Below, in pieces: positions 27,981 through 37,788 of a DNA stretch of 64,000 nucleotides. The notes under the pieces are model-generated. The model was not told the DNA's origin. It did not search any database and saw only the letters and a program-made list of their open reading frames with translations. The stretch is from a virus. Position numbers and translations under genes: made by a program. The stretch spans positions 71,032 to 135,031 of the IMG/VR virus record IMGVR_UViG_3300032214_000528, one strand, 5' to 3'. Each line of letters opens with the position of its first letter. Position 1 is the first letter of the stretch.

Positions 27981-28699
27981 GACTATCTAACGCTAAGTCC
28001 TATCCACTTGAGGGTATGTCTCTAATATATGCAAACGGTGAGAATGTTGTTTACCAAGCTGTATTTTCTACAGAGAAGTTTGGTACTTTTACAAGAGTAG
28101 ATGGCCAATGGCTTGCCTTATCTCCAGAAGATACTAGCCTTGAAAACCTTTCAATCATGGATATCCTCCCTGCAGACTACAAAGTAGTCACAGATATGTT
28201 TGATGCGGCTCAAAAGGCAAAGACTTATCTTAAGTATGATCAGGTAAAAGATTACGAAGTTGCATACTCTTTTGAAGAAAGCGGGAAGTCTATGACTGCC
28301 GCAGTTGAGACATCTGAGGGATGCCCTCCTGCTACATCAGACATTGCAGTCAATCTAGCAAACAGAGAAAATGCTATTAAAACTGCTGGTTATGGGCCAA
28401 TGAATCCAGCACTTCCAAATAACAAGTTTTGGCAAGCAAAGACAGACCGTTGGTCTGTACCAGTAGAAGACGCTAAGAAATCCTTGTGTGGAAACTGCGC
28501 TGTATTCATTCAAACACCAAAAATGCTTGACTGTATTGCTTCTGGACTTGGAAACGAAGCTGGAAATGATGCTTGGGGCTCAATCGAGGCTGGCGATCTA
28601 GGGTATTGTGAAGCATTCGACTTTAAATGTGCAGCTTCTAGAACATGCGATGCATGGGTAGCTGGCGGACCAGTAACTGAGGAGTCAGGAAAAGTATGA
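27977..28699 (+). CDS. Head-module protein with C-terminal Cys-rich (HiPIP-like) domain
   Basis: CGNCAVF...GYC..FDFKCAASRTCDAW. Confidence 0.75.
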   Translation: MRLSNAKSYPLEGMSLIYANGENVVYQAVFSTEKFGTFTRVDGQWLALSPEDTSLENLSIMDILPADYKVVTDMFDAAQKAKTYLKYDQVKDYEVAYSFEESGKSMTAAVETSEGCPPATSDIAVNLANRENAIKTAGYGPMNPALPNNKFWQAKTDRWSVPVEDAKKSLCGNCAVFIQTPKMLDCIASGLGNEAGNDAWGSIEAGDLGYCEAFDFKCAASRTCDAWVAGGPVTEESGKV

Positions 28700-31600
28700 T
28701 GCAATTCATTGGTCGTAATGGAACTAGAGCCCTTTTTGTTTCAGAAGACAAAGGCGTTGTTGTTGACGACTCTGTAAACATTGTTACTGCTCTAGACATT
28801 AAAGAACCTCTTCTAGCATCTTTTGAGTGGGATTCAAAGGGAGCTCGACCAACTGACACAGCAGTAGAGCTTGCAGCCGCTGCTTTAACATCTCTTGATA
28901 TCAAAGTATTTTCAAATAATGACCGCATGTATACAATCCCAGACTCTGTTATTGCAGAGGCAAAGCGTGGACTTGCATGGCGTAAGGAAGAAGATCGTGG
29001 TGGTACTTCAGTAGGTCTCAATACTGCTCGCACACTTGCTCGTGGTGGACAGATTGGTATTCGTAAGGTTCGTCATATTGCAAAATACTTCCCGCGTCAT
29101 CAAGTAGATAAAAAGGGAACTGGCTATAAGCCGGGACAAAAGTCTTATCCATCTAACGGCCGTATTGCTTGGGCACTTTGGGGTGGAGATGCCGCAGAGC
29201 GTTGGGCATCAGCAATCGTAGAGCGTGAAAATAAAGCAGCAAAGTCAAATGCAATGCTTGCTTATGGATACGAGTCATACGAGCATGAAATGCCTAAAGC
29301 AGTTGATTATGACTCATTTATTACTTCTAAGACAATGCCTGAAGATAATGTAATTGAATTTTTTGTTCGTATTCGTATGGATGGTTCTGGTATTGATCGC
29401 CTTTACCGTATTGAGCCAAACGGCTTGATGTATGTATGGGATGACGGCAACTGGGACGATATGGGAAATCCAGACAACGACCATGGTAGCTATGACAAGA
29501 TGTTGGATGATATTGAGGATACTGTTCCTAAGACACACATGCCAGTTGATACAGAAACAGCACTTCTTATTGCTGCTCTTCTAGACAACGAGCCTTTGAT
29601 TGCTCACAGAATTGACAAGATTCAACCAGAAGAGCATAAGATGATTGTTGATGCTCAACCAGAAATCGACTGGGAATTAATGGATGAAATTATCATGCCA
29701 GATGAAGAAGCATTTATGTGGGACATGGATGACTCGCTAACTGCAGCAGGAGAGGCTCCAACAAATCAAGATGGAGAATATACACCTGAAGAGCGCTCAG
29801 CAAATGCTGGTGCACAGCTTCGTGATAAGACAGGCAAGTTTGCCAAGATGGGTGGCCGAGTAGTGATCGGTGGTCGTCCTAACTATCAAGGAAATATTCG
29901 TTCTATTGACAATGTAACAGGTAATGTAAAAATTGAATTAGATAACGGAAATACTGTTGATGTAAGTGCAAAACTTACAGAGCCATTAGATACTTATGTA
30001 CCTATTCCTCAAGGATTTGCTGAAGGCGAGCTAGATACAAATGGAATCCTTGGAGAGCCTCGCACTCCTATGGATTCTCCAATCCGTATGCCAGGAACTT
30101 TACCTTCACTTAATGCTGAAAGCTTAAATAAAGTACTTACTGATTACCCGTCTTGGGTGTCTGATCAAAGACTTTCTCCAGACGTTGCAGCTAAGCCAAG
30201 CGGTATAGATATGTCTGGTCCTGCTGCTAAAAGTGCAAATCCTTTAGAGAAGTACTATTCAAAAGTTAGTCCTTCTGATATGCCTAGAAAAGCAGTAAAT
30301 GCTTACAACATTCCTATTCTTAAAAAATGGCTTGAATCAGGTCCAGAATATAGAAGAGCCCGCAATCCACTACTAAATCCCTACACAGATGCAAAGGGAG
30401 CAGATAGTCCTTTCTTGGATAAAAAAGGAAATCCTCTAAAAGCTTCGGCTGAAAAGTCAACACAAATAACTCCAACAACATCTGATGTTCCAGTTATTCA
30501 CTTGGCAGTAGTTTCTCCAGATGACCCGCAAGCTGTTATGGATTTAGTTGCCTTAGTACCAACAACAAACTCTTCAACAGAGCCAACTACTTTTACTCGT
30601 AAAGACGGTAAGTGGATTCCAGAACCACAAATTCTTTCAGACCTTCGTAGCGCAACTCCGCCTCCAGTAGTAGTTCTAGACGACACCAATCTTGTGGATG
30701 TCTTAGAGCAGGTAGATGGTAAGAAGTCTATTACAGCAGCAGGTGGAGCAGACCGTAATCGTGGACAAGCAGAGAAGCTTCGTCGCTACTGGACTTACGG
30801 CAAGGGTGCAGCAAAGATTCGTTGGAAGACTCCAGGAGATTGGACTCGCTGCTACAAGCAACTTGCTAAATACATGGGTCCTCGTGCTAAGGGCTATTGC
30901 GCCTTGCGTCACAAGGAGATGAATGGCTACTGGCCAGGAGATCGTAAGAATCAAGAGACTTCTAACTTTTCTGTCAATACTATGCGTTCTTATGACGAAC
31001 TTCTGAGCACTTTTGTTATGAGAGCCAAAGCAGCAGATGCTAAGGCTAGAGTCTTAACAGCTGGTGGATATGAGTCAGACGAGACTGCAAAATCTAAGGG
31101 TTCAGAGTTTCTAATCCCTCTTGTCATCCCTGAGGGCATGGAGTCTGGCGACGGAAGAATTATGAGAAAGGGTGCTCTTGATATTAGAGAACTTCCTCTA
31201 CCTCTTCTATGGCAGATTAAAACAGGCGAAGGACATGACGGTTCTGTCGTAGTTGGTCAGATTACTAGTATGGAAAGAACTGACGATGGCATTGGAAATG
31301 CTAAGGGTCACTTCGATACTGGCGAATATGGTAAGGAAGCCGAGCGCTTAGTGCGTGGTGGTTTCATTAGAGGAGTATCAGCTGACCTAGATCAGTTCGA
31401 GGCCGATGATGAGCGCAAAGAGGAAGAAAACGGATCTGACACTAAGGTAGATGCGGGTAAAATTACTATCACAAAAGCACGAGTCATGGCTGTGACTATC
31501 GTGCCTAAACCTGCTTTCCAAGAGTGCACAATTCAGCTTGCAGATGATGCAAGCGTTGAGGAGGATGAAGTGAATATTCCTGACGGAGTTTACGTCGAGG

Positions 31601-33426
31601 GAGTTAATGCTCTGGAAGCTTCGGCTCTTGTTGCATGTGGAATGATTGCTGGAGCAATTCCAGTAACACCACCAACCGAGTGGTTTAACGATCCACAACT
31701 TAAGGGACCTACACCTCTAACTGTAGATGACGATGGCCGAGTATTCGGACACATTGCTGCATGGCACGTCGACCACATTGGTATGACAGCAGGGACTAAA
31801 CCTCCTCGTAGCCGTAGCAAATATGCCTACTTCCATACTGGAGTAGTTCGCACCGATAACGGAACAGATGTTCCTGTCGGACAATTAACTCTTGCGGGGG
31901 GACACGCTGGACTAGAAGCATCAGCTTCCGAAGCAGTTCGTCACTACGACGACACAGCATCTGCTATTGCAGATGTCCATGCTGGAGAAGATGCTTATGG
32001 TATTTGGGTAGCTGGATCAGTTCGTCCAGGATCAACCCCAGAACAAATTCGTGCGCTTCGTGCATCAGCACCATCAGGTGACTGGCGCCCAATTAAGAAT
32101 TCCCTTGAACTGGTTGCCGTATGTCAGGTAAATGTTCCAGGATTCCCAATTGCTCGTGCTCGTGTGGCATCAGGTCAGGTAATGGCTTTGGTTGCAGCAG
32201 GTGCAAGCACTCTTGCAATGCTTAAGAACGACCCACTTGCAGAACTTAATGCTCGTATTGCCGATCTTGAAGGCGATAAGAAGATGGCGCTAGTTGCTTC
32301 TGCTAACGATGTCCGTGCTCGCTTCGAGACAAACCGTATGGAAGTTCTTGCTGCTAAGAAGCTAGAGCTTGCTGCAAAAGTTAAAAAAGTTAAAGAAGAC
32401 GCAGATCAAGATATTGACTACATGATCCAGATGATGGATGATGATCCAGAAAATGAAATGGCAGTTATTTCCCGCCGTGTTCGTGAACGCCTAGCTCAAG
32501 AAGGTAAGGCTCTAAACGACGGTTCATTCCCTATTAGAAATACTGGAGATTTAAAAAACGCTATCCGTGCTTATGGCCGTGCAAAGCCGGGAAGCCGTGG
32601 CAAGGTAAAGCGCCACATTATGAAGCGTGCTATTGGTCTTGGTAAGGAAGAGCTAATTCCAGAAAACTGGAAGGGTGCTGCTTCAAATCTAGATGAGATT
32701 GTTGCATCAATGAAGTTCCGCACTGAAGAGTTTGGAGCTCGCCTTGGAGCAGAGTTTGCAACCAATTCTGAAGCAGTTTTTGCAGAACAAATTACAGAGG
32801 AAATTGTCGACTTAAGCCCTGAAGAAATTGAAGTTTTGAAGCAAGAAGCCAAGGCTCGTGAAGAAGGTAGAGCAACCGATGGTGAAGCTCCTCCAGAAAG
32901 AGATGCTGACGGCCGTATTAAGTACACAGCCGAAACCCAACCTCGTGATGCAACTGGAAAATTTAGAACAGTTCTAGCCCGTATCAAACAGGACCTCGGA
33001 ACCTCTGGTTTGCAGAATGTATTGGATAAGGTTAAAGAAGCAGAGAACTTTGATAGCACTGGCGACTACGCTGGAGCAGCCAAAGCAGCAGGAGATTTGA
33101 TCTCAATTATTGATCGATTGGACTCTGGAGCGCTAAATGCTGAATCTTTAGAGAATGTCCGAAATAGCGCAGGTGAGCTTGGAAAGGTTATTGCTAACCT
33201 ACCGTTTGCTTTTGGCGAGGAAGCTCAGAAGATTCGCTTCTCAGATGTTCCACCAGCTCTTCGTGATCTTATGGAAGATATGATTAAAAAGGTAGAAGCA
33301 AAGATTGGCAAGGAAGATGCCGATATTGCCACTGCTGAACTCAAGACATTCATCTCAGGAAGCGAGCTCTATAACCAATCAGAGATCTCATCCCAGATGG
33401 CAAAGCTTCTTAGGTTACTTACCTAA
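28696..33426 (+). CDS. Multi-domain capsid maturation protease
   Basis: HK97-type GHDG/GVSAD protease core plus a second GHIA.W/HYD/SGDWR actinophage protease-like domain; lies just before the capsid gene. Confidence 0.8.
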   Translation: MMQFIGRNGTRALFVSEDKGVVVDDSVNIVTALDIKEPLLASFEWDSKGARPTDTAVELAAAALTSLDIKVFSNNDRMYTIPDSVIAEAKRGLAWRKEEDRGGTSVGLNTARTLARGGQIGIRKVRHIAKYFPRHQVDKKGTGYKPGQKSYPSNGRIAWALWGGDAAERWASAIVERENKAAKSNAMLAYGYESYEHEMPKAVDYDSFITSKTMPEDNVIEFFVRIRMDGSGIDRLYRIEPNGLMYVWDDGNWDDMGNPDNDHGSYDKMLDDIEDTVPKTHMPVDTETALLIAALLDNEPLIAHRIDKIQPEEHKMIVDAQPEIDWELMDEIIMPDEEAFMWDMDDSLTAAGEAPTNQDGEYTPEERSANAGAQLRDKTGKFAKMGGRVVIGGRPNYQGNIRSIDNVTGNVKIELDNGNTVDVSAKLTEPLDTYVPIPQGFAEGELDTNGILGEPRTPMDSPIRMPGTLPSLNAESLNKVLTDYPSWVSDQRLSPDVAAKPSGIDMSGPAAKSANPLEKYYSKVSPSDMPRKAVNAYNIPILKKWLESGPEYRRARNPLLNPYTDAKGADSPFLDKKGNPLKASAEKSTQITPTTSDVPVIHLAVVSPDDPQAVMDLVALVPTTNSSTEPTTFTRKDGKWIPEPQILSDLRSATPPPVVVLDDTNLVDVLEQVDGKKSITAAGGADRNRGQAEKLRRYWTYGKGAAKIRWKTPGDWTRCYKQLAKYMGPRAKGYCALRHKEMNGYWPGDRKNQETSNFSVNTMRSYDELLSTFVMRAKAADAKARVLTAGGYESDETAKSKGSEFLIPLVIPEGMESGDGRIMRKGALDIRELPLPLLWQIKTGEGHDGSVVVGQITSMERTDDGIGNAKGHFDTGEYGKEAERLVRGGFIRGVSADLDQFEADDERKEEENGSDTKVDAGKITITKARVMAVTIVPKPAFQECTIQLADDASVEEDEVNIPDGVYVEGVNALEASALVACGMIAGAIPVTPPTEWFNDPQLKGPTPLTVDDDGRVFGHIAAWHVDHIGMTAGTKPPRSRSKYAYFHTGVVRTDNGTDVPVGQLTLAGGHAGLEASASEAVRHYDDTASAIADVHAGEDAYGIWVAGSVRPGSTPEQIRALRASAPSGDWRPIKNSLELVAVCQVNVPGFPIARARVASGQVMALVAAGASTLAMLKNDPLAELNARIADLEGDKKMALVASANDVRARFETNRMEVLAAKKLELAAKVKKVKEDADQDIDYMIQMMDDDPENEMAVISRRVRERLAQEGKALNDGSFPIRNTGDLKNAIRAYGRAKPGSRGKVKRHIMKRAIGLGKEELIPENWKGAASNLDEIVASMKFRTEEFGARLGAEFATNSEAVFAEQITEEIVDLSPEEIEVLKQEAKAREEGRATDGEAPPERDADGRIKYTAETQPRDATGKFRTVLARIKQDLGTSGLQNVLDKVKEAENFDSTGDYAGAAKAAGDLISIIDRLDSGALNAESLENVRNSAGELGKVIANLPFAFGEEAQKIRFSDVPPALRDLMEDMIKKVEAKIGKEDADIATAELKTFISGSELYNQSEISSQMAKLLRLLT

Positions 33427-33480
33427 GTTGATCAAAAATCGTACAAATAACTAAATAAGAAGTAATGTAATATATAACTA

Positions 33481-33588
33481 GGTGGAGTGCCTCCACGCAT
33501 CTAATGCGTCTGTGAGTCCCTCGGCCTTTGACTGATAAGCGAGACAGATTATTACTATCTGTCGCAACTGACCCGGAGGAGGGACAGT
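33481..33588 (+). promoter_or_regulatory. Structured 5' leader of the major capsid gene
   Basis: Three hairpins plus GTCCCTC/GAGGGAC pairing over the RBS. Confidence 0.55.
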
Positions 33589-35676
33589 ATGGACCAAATC
33601 AAAGACATGATGGACCAGTTAGCAGATCTCGATAGCGATCAAGTTACCGACCTGCAAAACTCAATCATCAAGGAATTTGAGTCCGTTGAGAAAGAAGATC
33701 CAACTCCCCAGACAGTTGATGCAATGTCGTCATTAGCCGACATGCTTGACACCGTTCGCGGTGAATTCAAGCGACGTGAGGCAGCAGCACAGGAGCTCGC
33801 ACAACGAGCAGCCGAGGCAGCTTCTCGTGTACATGGCAATGACGGTGAAAAGGATATGGAATCCGATTCCGAGAAGAAGGAAGAAATGCCAGCAGAAACT
33901 GAAGCAATGGCAGAAATGCCAGTTGAAGAAGAGAAGCCAGCAGATATGCCTTCAGAGGAAGTTCCCGCAGCCGAAGCTCCTGTAGCAGAAGAAATGCCAG
34001 CAGAAGAAGAAGCACCATCAGAAGCGATGGACGAGGAAAAGAAAAAGGAAGAGGAAAAAATGTCTGAAGCGTCAACCGAAGCGGATAAGACCGCAGAGTT
34101 CTCAACAGAATCAAATCTTACCGAAGCTGCAGCCGTAGCTGAGGATGCTGTTGTTGCAGATGGCTCAGAGCCAGAAGCAGTAGCAGAAGCAGAAGTTGTT
34201 GCAGATGCAGCAGCAGAAGCAGCTCCAGTATCAGAAGCAGTAGAAGCAGAAGCAGTTGTCGCAGATGAAGCAGTAGCTTCTGATGTTGCAGATGCAGCAG
34301 CTGACGTTGCTGATGGTGCTGAAGCATCAGTAGTAACCCCAGAAGAAATCCCAACAGAGTCAATGACTCAAGAAAGTATGGAGGCACCCGTGACTGCAAG
34401 CGCAGATAACCTCAACATTGAGGTCCCGGCTGATCGTCGTCCTATCACAGAGACTTCTGCCGCAGCTGTGGCAATCACAGCGGGCGCAGACATTCCTGGA
34501 TATACGGCTGGAAGCTCAATGGACTCAATGTCCGATGTATCAGTAGCGATGGAAAAGCGTCTACACGCTCTTCGTCGTGTTAATGGTGGAGATGGAGAGC
34601 AGCACATTGTTGCATCTATCACTACACAATACCCAGAAGGCCGCACTCTTACACAAGATGCAGAGTCAAACTGGGCAAAGGTTCAGGCTGTAACTGGTCC
34701 AGAAGCACTTGTTGCTTCAGGTGGCCACTCAGCACCATTCGAAGTTAAGTACGACATTTTTGGACTTGGCACAACTGCTCGTCCACTTCGTGACGCACTT
34801 CCTCGATTCCAAGCAGACCGTGGCGGTATCCGCTTCGTAACTCCACCAGTACTTAGCTCATACGCTAACGCTGTTGGCGTCTGGACTGCAGCAAACGATT
34901 CAGCAGAAACACCAAGCCCATCTTCAAAGTTGAGCCTAACTGTTTCAGCAGCTTCAGAGCTAACAGTCGCAACAGATGCAGTTACATTGCAACTACAGTT
35001 CGGTAACTTGATGTCTCGTGCATACCCAGAATTGATCGCTCGCCACAATGAGCTTGGTCTAATTCAGCATGCTCGTGAAGCAGAAGGCCAAATCCTTACA
35101 CGTTTGACAGCTTTGTCAACTGCTGTAACTTCAACATCTCTAATCGGTGTAGCTCGTGACTTCCTTGTAACACTTGGTCGTGCAGCAGCTAACTACCGTG
35201 GACGTCACCGTCTAGAGGCAGATGCACCACTTCGTGTTATTGCTCCAGCATGGATCAAGGACGCAATGGTTGCAGATCTTGCTCTCGCAATGCCTGGCGA
35301 CAACACACTCAATGCAGTGGCAGAGATTGATGGCTTCATCGCTTCACGCAACATCAACATCACATACCACCTCGATGATTTCACAGACGCTCAGGGTGCA
35401 TCAGCACTTAACGAGTTTGCTGATACATTCGTTTGGTACATGTTCGCTGAAGGAACATTCTTGTTCCTAGATGGCGGTACATTGGATCTTGGTGTTATCC
35501 GTGACTCAACCCTCGTTGGTACAAACGACTACAAGATGTTCGTTGAAACCTTCGAAGGTGTTGCAAAGATTGGCGTTGAGTCTCTCAAGGTCACATCAAC
35601 CATCTCAGTGAACGGTGTAGCAGCAGCTCTCCGTGACACAACAGGTGCTGCAACAGCTGCGGCTATCGAGTACTAA
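33589..35676 (+). CDS. Major capsid protein with N-terminal acidic scaffold region
   Basis: Acidic N-terminus; LVASGG..AP..V.YD and FLFLDGGTLDLGVIRDS motifs. Confidence 0.85.
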   Translation: MDQIKDMMDQLADLDSDQVTDLQNSIIKEFESVEKEDPTPQTVDAMSSLADMLDTVRGEFKRREAAAQELAQRAAEAASRVHGNDGEKDMESDSEKKEEMPAETEAMAEMPVEEEKPADMPSEEVPAAEAPVAEEMPAEEEAPSEAMDEEKKKEEEKMSEASTEADKTAEFSTESNLTEAAAVAEDAVVADGSEPEAVAEAEVVADAAAEAAPVSEAVEAEAVVADEAVASDVADAAADVADGAEASVVTPEEIPTESMTQESMEAPVTASADNLNIEVPADRRPITETSAAAVAITAGADIPGYTAGSSMDSMSDVSVAMEKRLHALRRVNGGDGEQHIVASITTQYPEGRTLTQDAESNWAKVQAVTGPEALVASGGHSAPFEVKYDIFGLGTTARPLRDALPRFQADRGGIRFVTPPVLSSYANAVGVWTAANDSAETPSPSSKLSLTVSAASELTVATDAVTLQLQFGNLMSRAYPELIARHNELGLIQHAREAEGQILTRLTALSTAVTSTSLIGVARDFLVTLGRAAANYRGRHRLEADAPLRVIAPAWIKDAMVADLALAMPGDNTLNAVAEIDGFIASRNINITYHLDDFTDAQGASALNEFADTFVWYMFAEGTFLFLDGGTLDLGVIRDSTLVGTNDYKMFVETFEGVAKIGVESLKVTSTISVNGVAAALRDTTGAATAAAIEY

Positions 35677-35746
35677 ACCGTACACGAATAACCCTTAGTA
35701 GTTAATTACCCGAGTCGACACTCAGAAGAAAGAAGGAAAATCAAAA

Positions 35747-36628
35747 ATGGCGTTTAGAGGAATTTATCCAGCACCAGATTTGACCCCTGCCCCTTGTGGC
35801 CTTCTGAGTGTCGCTCGTGTAATGTCACACGGTGGCGCAGACTACGATGAGCGCTGGGTTCGTGGCTTTAGCTATGAATTCGACTCTCAGCCAGAAGTTG
35901 AAATTTTTACAGTAAATGATGCAACAGTTACTGGTGGAACAGTTGGAACTTCAACACTTCCTCAGTTCAAGGAATATGATCCTTTCTTTATCCAAGTAAC
36001 AGACACTCGCTCAGCGTTTGGTTTGACTGGAGAAGATCGCTATAAAGTTGCACTTACTCAACTAGATGTAGTAACACAGAAGGCAGTGGAGCTTGAGCTA
36101 TGGGAAGGCGTAGCATCACTAGCCGAAACTAATGGGAATGATTTTTTAAGAAAAGCAGCAGCAGCAACCGTTGTAAATAGCGGTGCTCTAGCTCCAGCAA
36201 CAGCTTTAATGCTGTTAGAACAAGCGATTTCTAGTTCACCTGCAGGTATTAATGGAGTCATCCATATGACTCGTGATGTTGCATCGATCCTTGGATCACG
36301 CCTCATCTACTCACCAGCAGATGGCGGAAAAACAGGCAAGGCTATGACTCGTTTAGGTACAGAGGTAGTTATTGGTTCTGGTTACACAGGTGCGGGTCGT
36401 ATTGACGACTCAAACACCACAGCGTCTGCTTCAAACAAGTGGATGTTTGCAACTGGACCTATTGACGTACATCTAAGCAAGCCTGAAGTTGTAAACGAAA
36501 ACCTTGGACAAGGCTTCACAGTAAGTACGAATACCAATGACTTAACCGTCAAAGCCGTTCGTGCAGCTGCGGTATACTTTGATCCATCGATTCATTACAC
36601 AGTACGACTAGCACTACCAACCACCTAA
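35747..36628 (+). CDS. Second capsid-like (putative pentamer/minor capsid) protein
   Basis: Position after MCP; P.GL.S.A, VE.ELW.G, GVIH, T.LG..VV.G.GY, ATG pattern. Confidence 0.55.
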   Translation: MAFRGIYPAPDLTPAPCGLLSVARVMSHGGADYDERWVRGFSYEFDSQPEVEIFTVNDATVTGGTVGTSTLPQFKEYDPFFIQVTDTRSAFGLTGEDRYKVALTQLDVVTQKAVELELWEGVASLAETNGNDFLRKAAAATVVNSGALAPATALMLLEQAISSSPAGINGVIHMTRDVASILGSRLIYSPADGGKTGKAMTRLGTEVVIGSGYTGAGRIDDSNTTASASNKWMFATGPIDVHLSKPEVVNENLGQGFTVSTNTNDLTVKAVRAAAVYFDPSIHYTVRLALPTT

Positions 36629-36656
36629 GCAAAAACAATAGAAGGAGAACACTGGA

Positions 36657-37703
36657 ATGGCCACTCAAGAATACGCGGCTAGCGTCCAAGGTGTGTCGAT
36701 CCGAGTCACCAGACTGGACGCCGCTGGCAATCTGCTCAATGGAGCAGGAGACAGCTACACAACCTCGGCGTTCCTCCGCACATCTTTTACACCCGAATAT
36801 GAAGAGGGTGACGAAATTGTAGAGAAGTCAGCTGACGGCACTGTATGTGTATCATACAAAGCCCCTGACACTCTTAAGCGCATCACAATGGAACTCGCAA
36901 TTTGCGAACCAGATACAGAACTTTCACAGCTAATCTCAGGCGGTTTGTTGCTTCGTAAGAACTTCGGTTCTTTCGCATCACCAAACAACAAGTCTGTCGG
37001 TTGGGCTGCACCATCTGTTGGCGATGACCCAACAGGTAACGGCGTGGCACTAGAAGTTTGGTCATTTGCTGTTGCAGACGGACGTCGTGCAGCAACAAAC
37101 CCTTACTTCCATTGGGTATTCCCATATGTCAAGCTACGTCAATCAGGTGACCGTGTAATTGAAAACGGTATGCTTGCAACAACATTCGAAGGTTACGGCC
37201 TTGGAAACGTTGCATTTGGTTCAGGTCTAGACGGCCGCTGGGAGTTCCCAGTAGCATCTGAGCGTTCATACTCATATGCTCGTGCTTCATGGGCTCCAAC
37301 AGGTCTTAAGGGCTTCTACCGCTGGTTTGATGAAGCAACTAACACAATCTCAAACAAGTCCCTTACATCAGATGTTGCTACTTTGACAACAGGAACCGCA
37401 CACGGTTTCCTCGCTGGTCAGAGCGTGACTGTAGCTGGCGTGGATAGCACCTTCAACGGTACTTACACAATCACTGCAGTTCCAACACCAACAACATTCC
37501 GTTTTGCAAAGACCGCTACAGATGTTACATCTACAGCAGTCTCACCAACAGGCACAGTACTTCGTAACCGTGGATATCTATCGGTTTCAGACTTTGCTTC
37601 ACAAGGATCAACTTCAACCTACAACGTACCTGGTAACTCAGACTACAATGCAGACAATGCAATTGACTTCATTATTGCATCAACTGAGGATCCATCAGCG
37701 TAA
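36657..37703 (+). CDS. Major tail (tube) protein with C-terminal accessory domain
   Basis: IRVTRLDAAG, P.YEEGDE, YFHWVFP motifs; followed by a terminator. Confidence 0.75.
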   Translation: MATQEYAASVQGVSIRVTRLDAAGNLLNGAGDSYTTSAFLRTSFTPEYEEGDEIVEKSADGTVCVSYKAPDTLKRITMELAICEPDTELSQLISGGLLLRKNFGSFASPNNKSVGWAAPSVGDDPTGNGVALEVWSFAVADGRRAATNPYFHWVFPYVKLRQSGDRVIENGMLATTFEGYGLGNVAFGSGLDGRWEFPVASERSYSYARASWAPTGLKGFYRWFDEATNTISNKSLTSDVATLTTGTAHGFLAGQSVTVAGVDSTFNGTYTITAVPTPTTFRFAKTATDVTSTAVSPTGTVLRNRGYLSVSDFASQGSTSTYNVPGNSDYNADNAIDFIIASTEDPSA

Positions 37704-37715
37704 TTAGATAAGAGA

Positions 37716-37768
37716 AGGCGGGCAGCGTACCGATGGTATATACCGTTGACACGTTGCCCGCCTTTTTT
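37716..37768 (+). terminator. Intrinsic terminator
   Basis: AGGCGGGCAGCGT / ACGTTGCCCGCCT stem followed by a T-run. Confidence 0.8.
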
Positions 37769-37788
37769 ATTAGAGACGGGAAGAGTTT

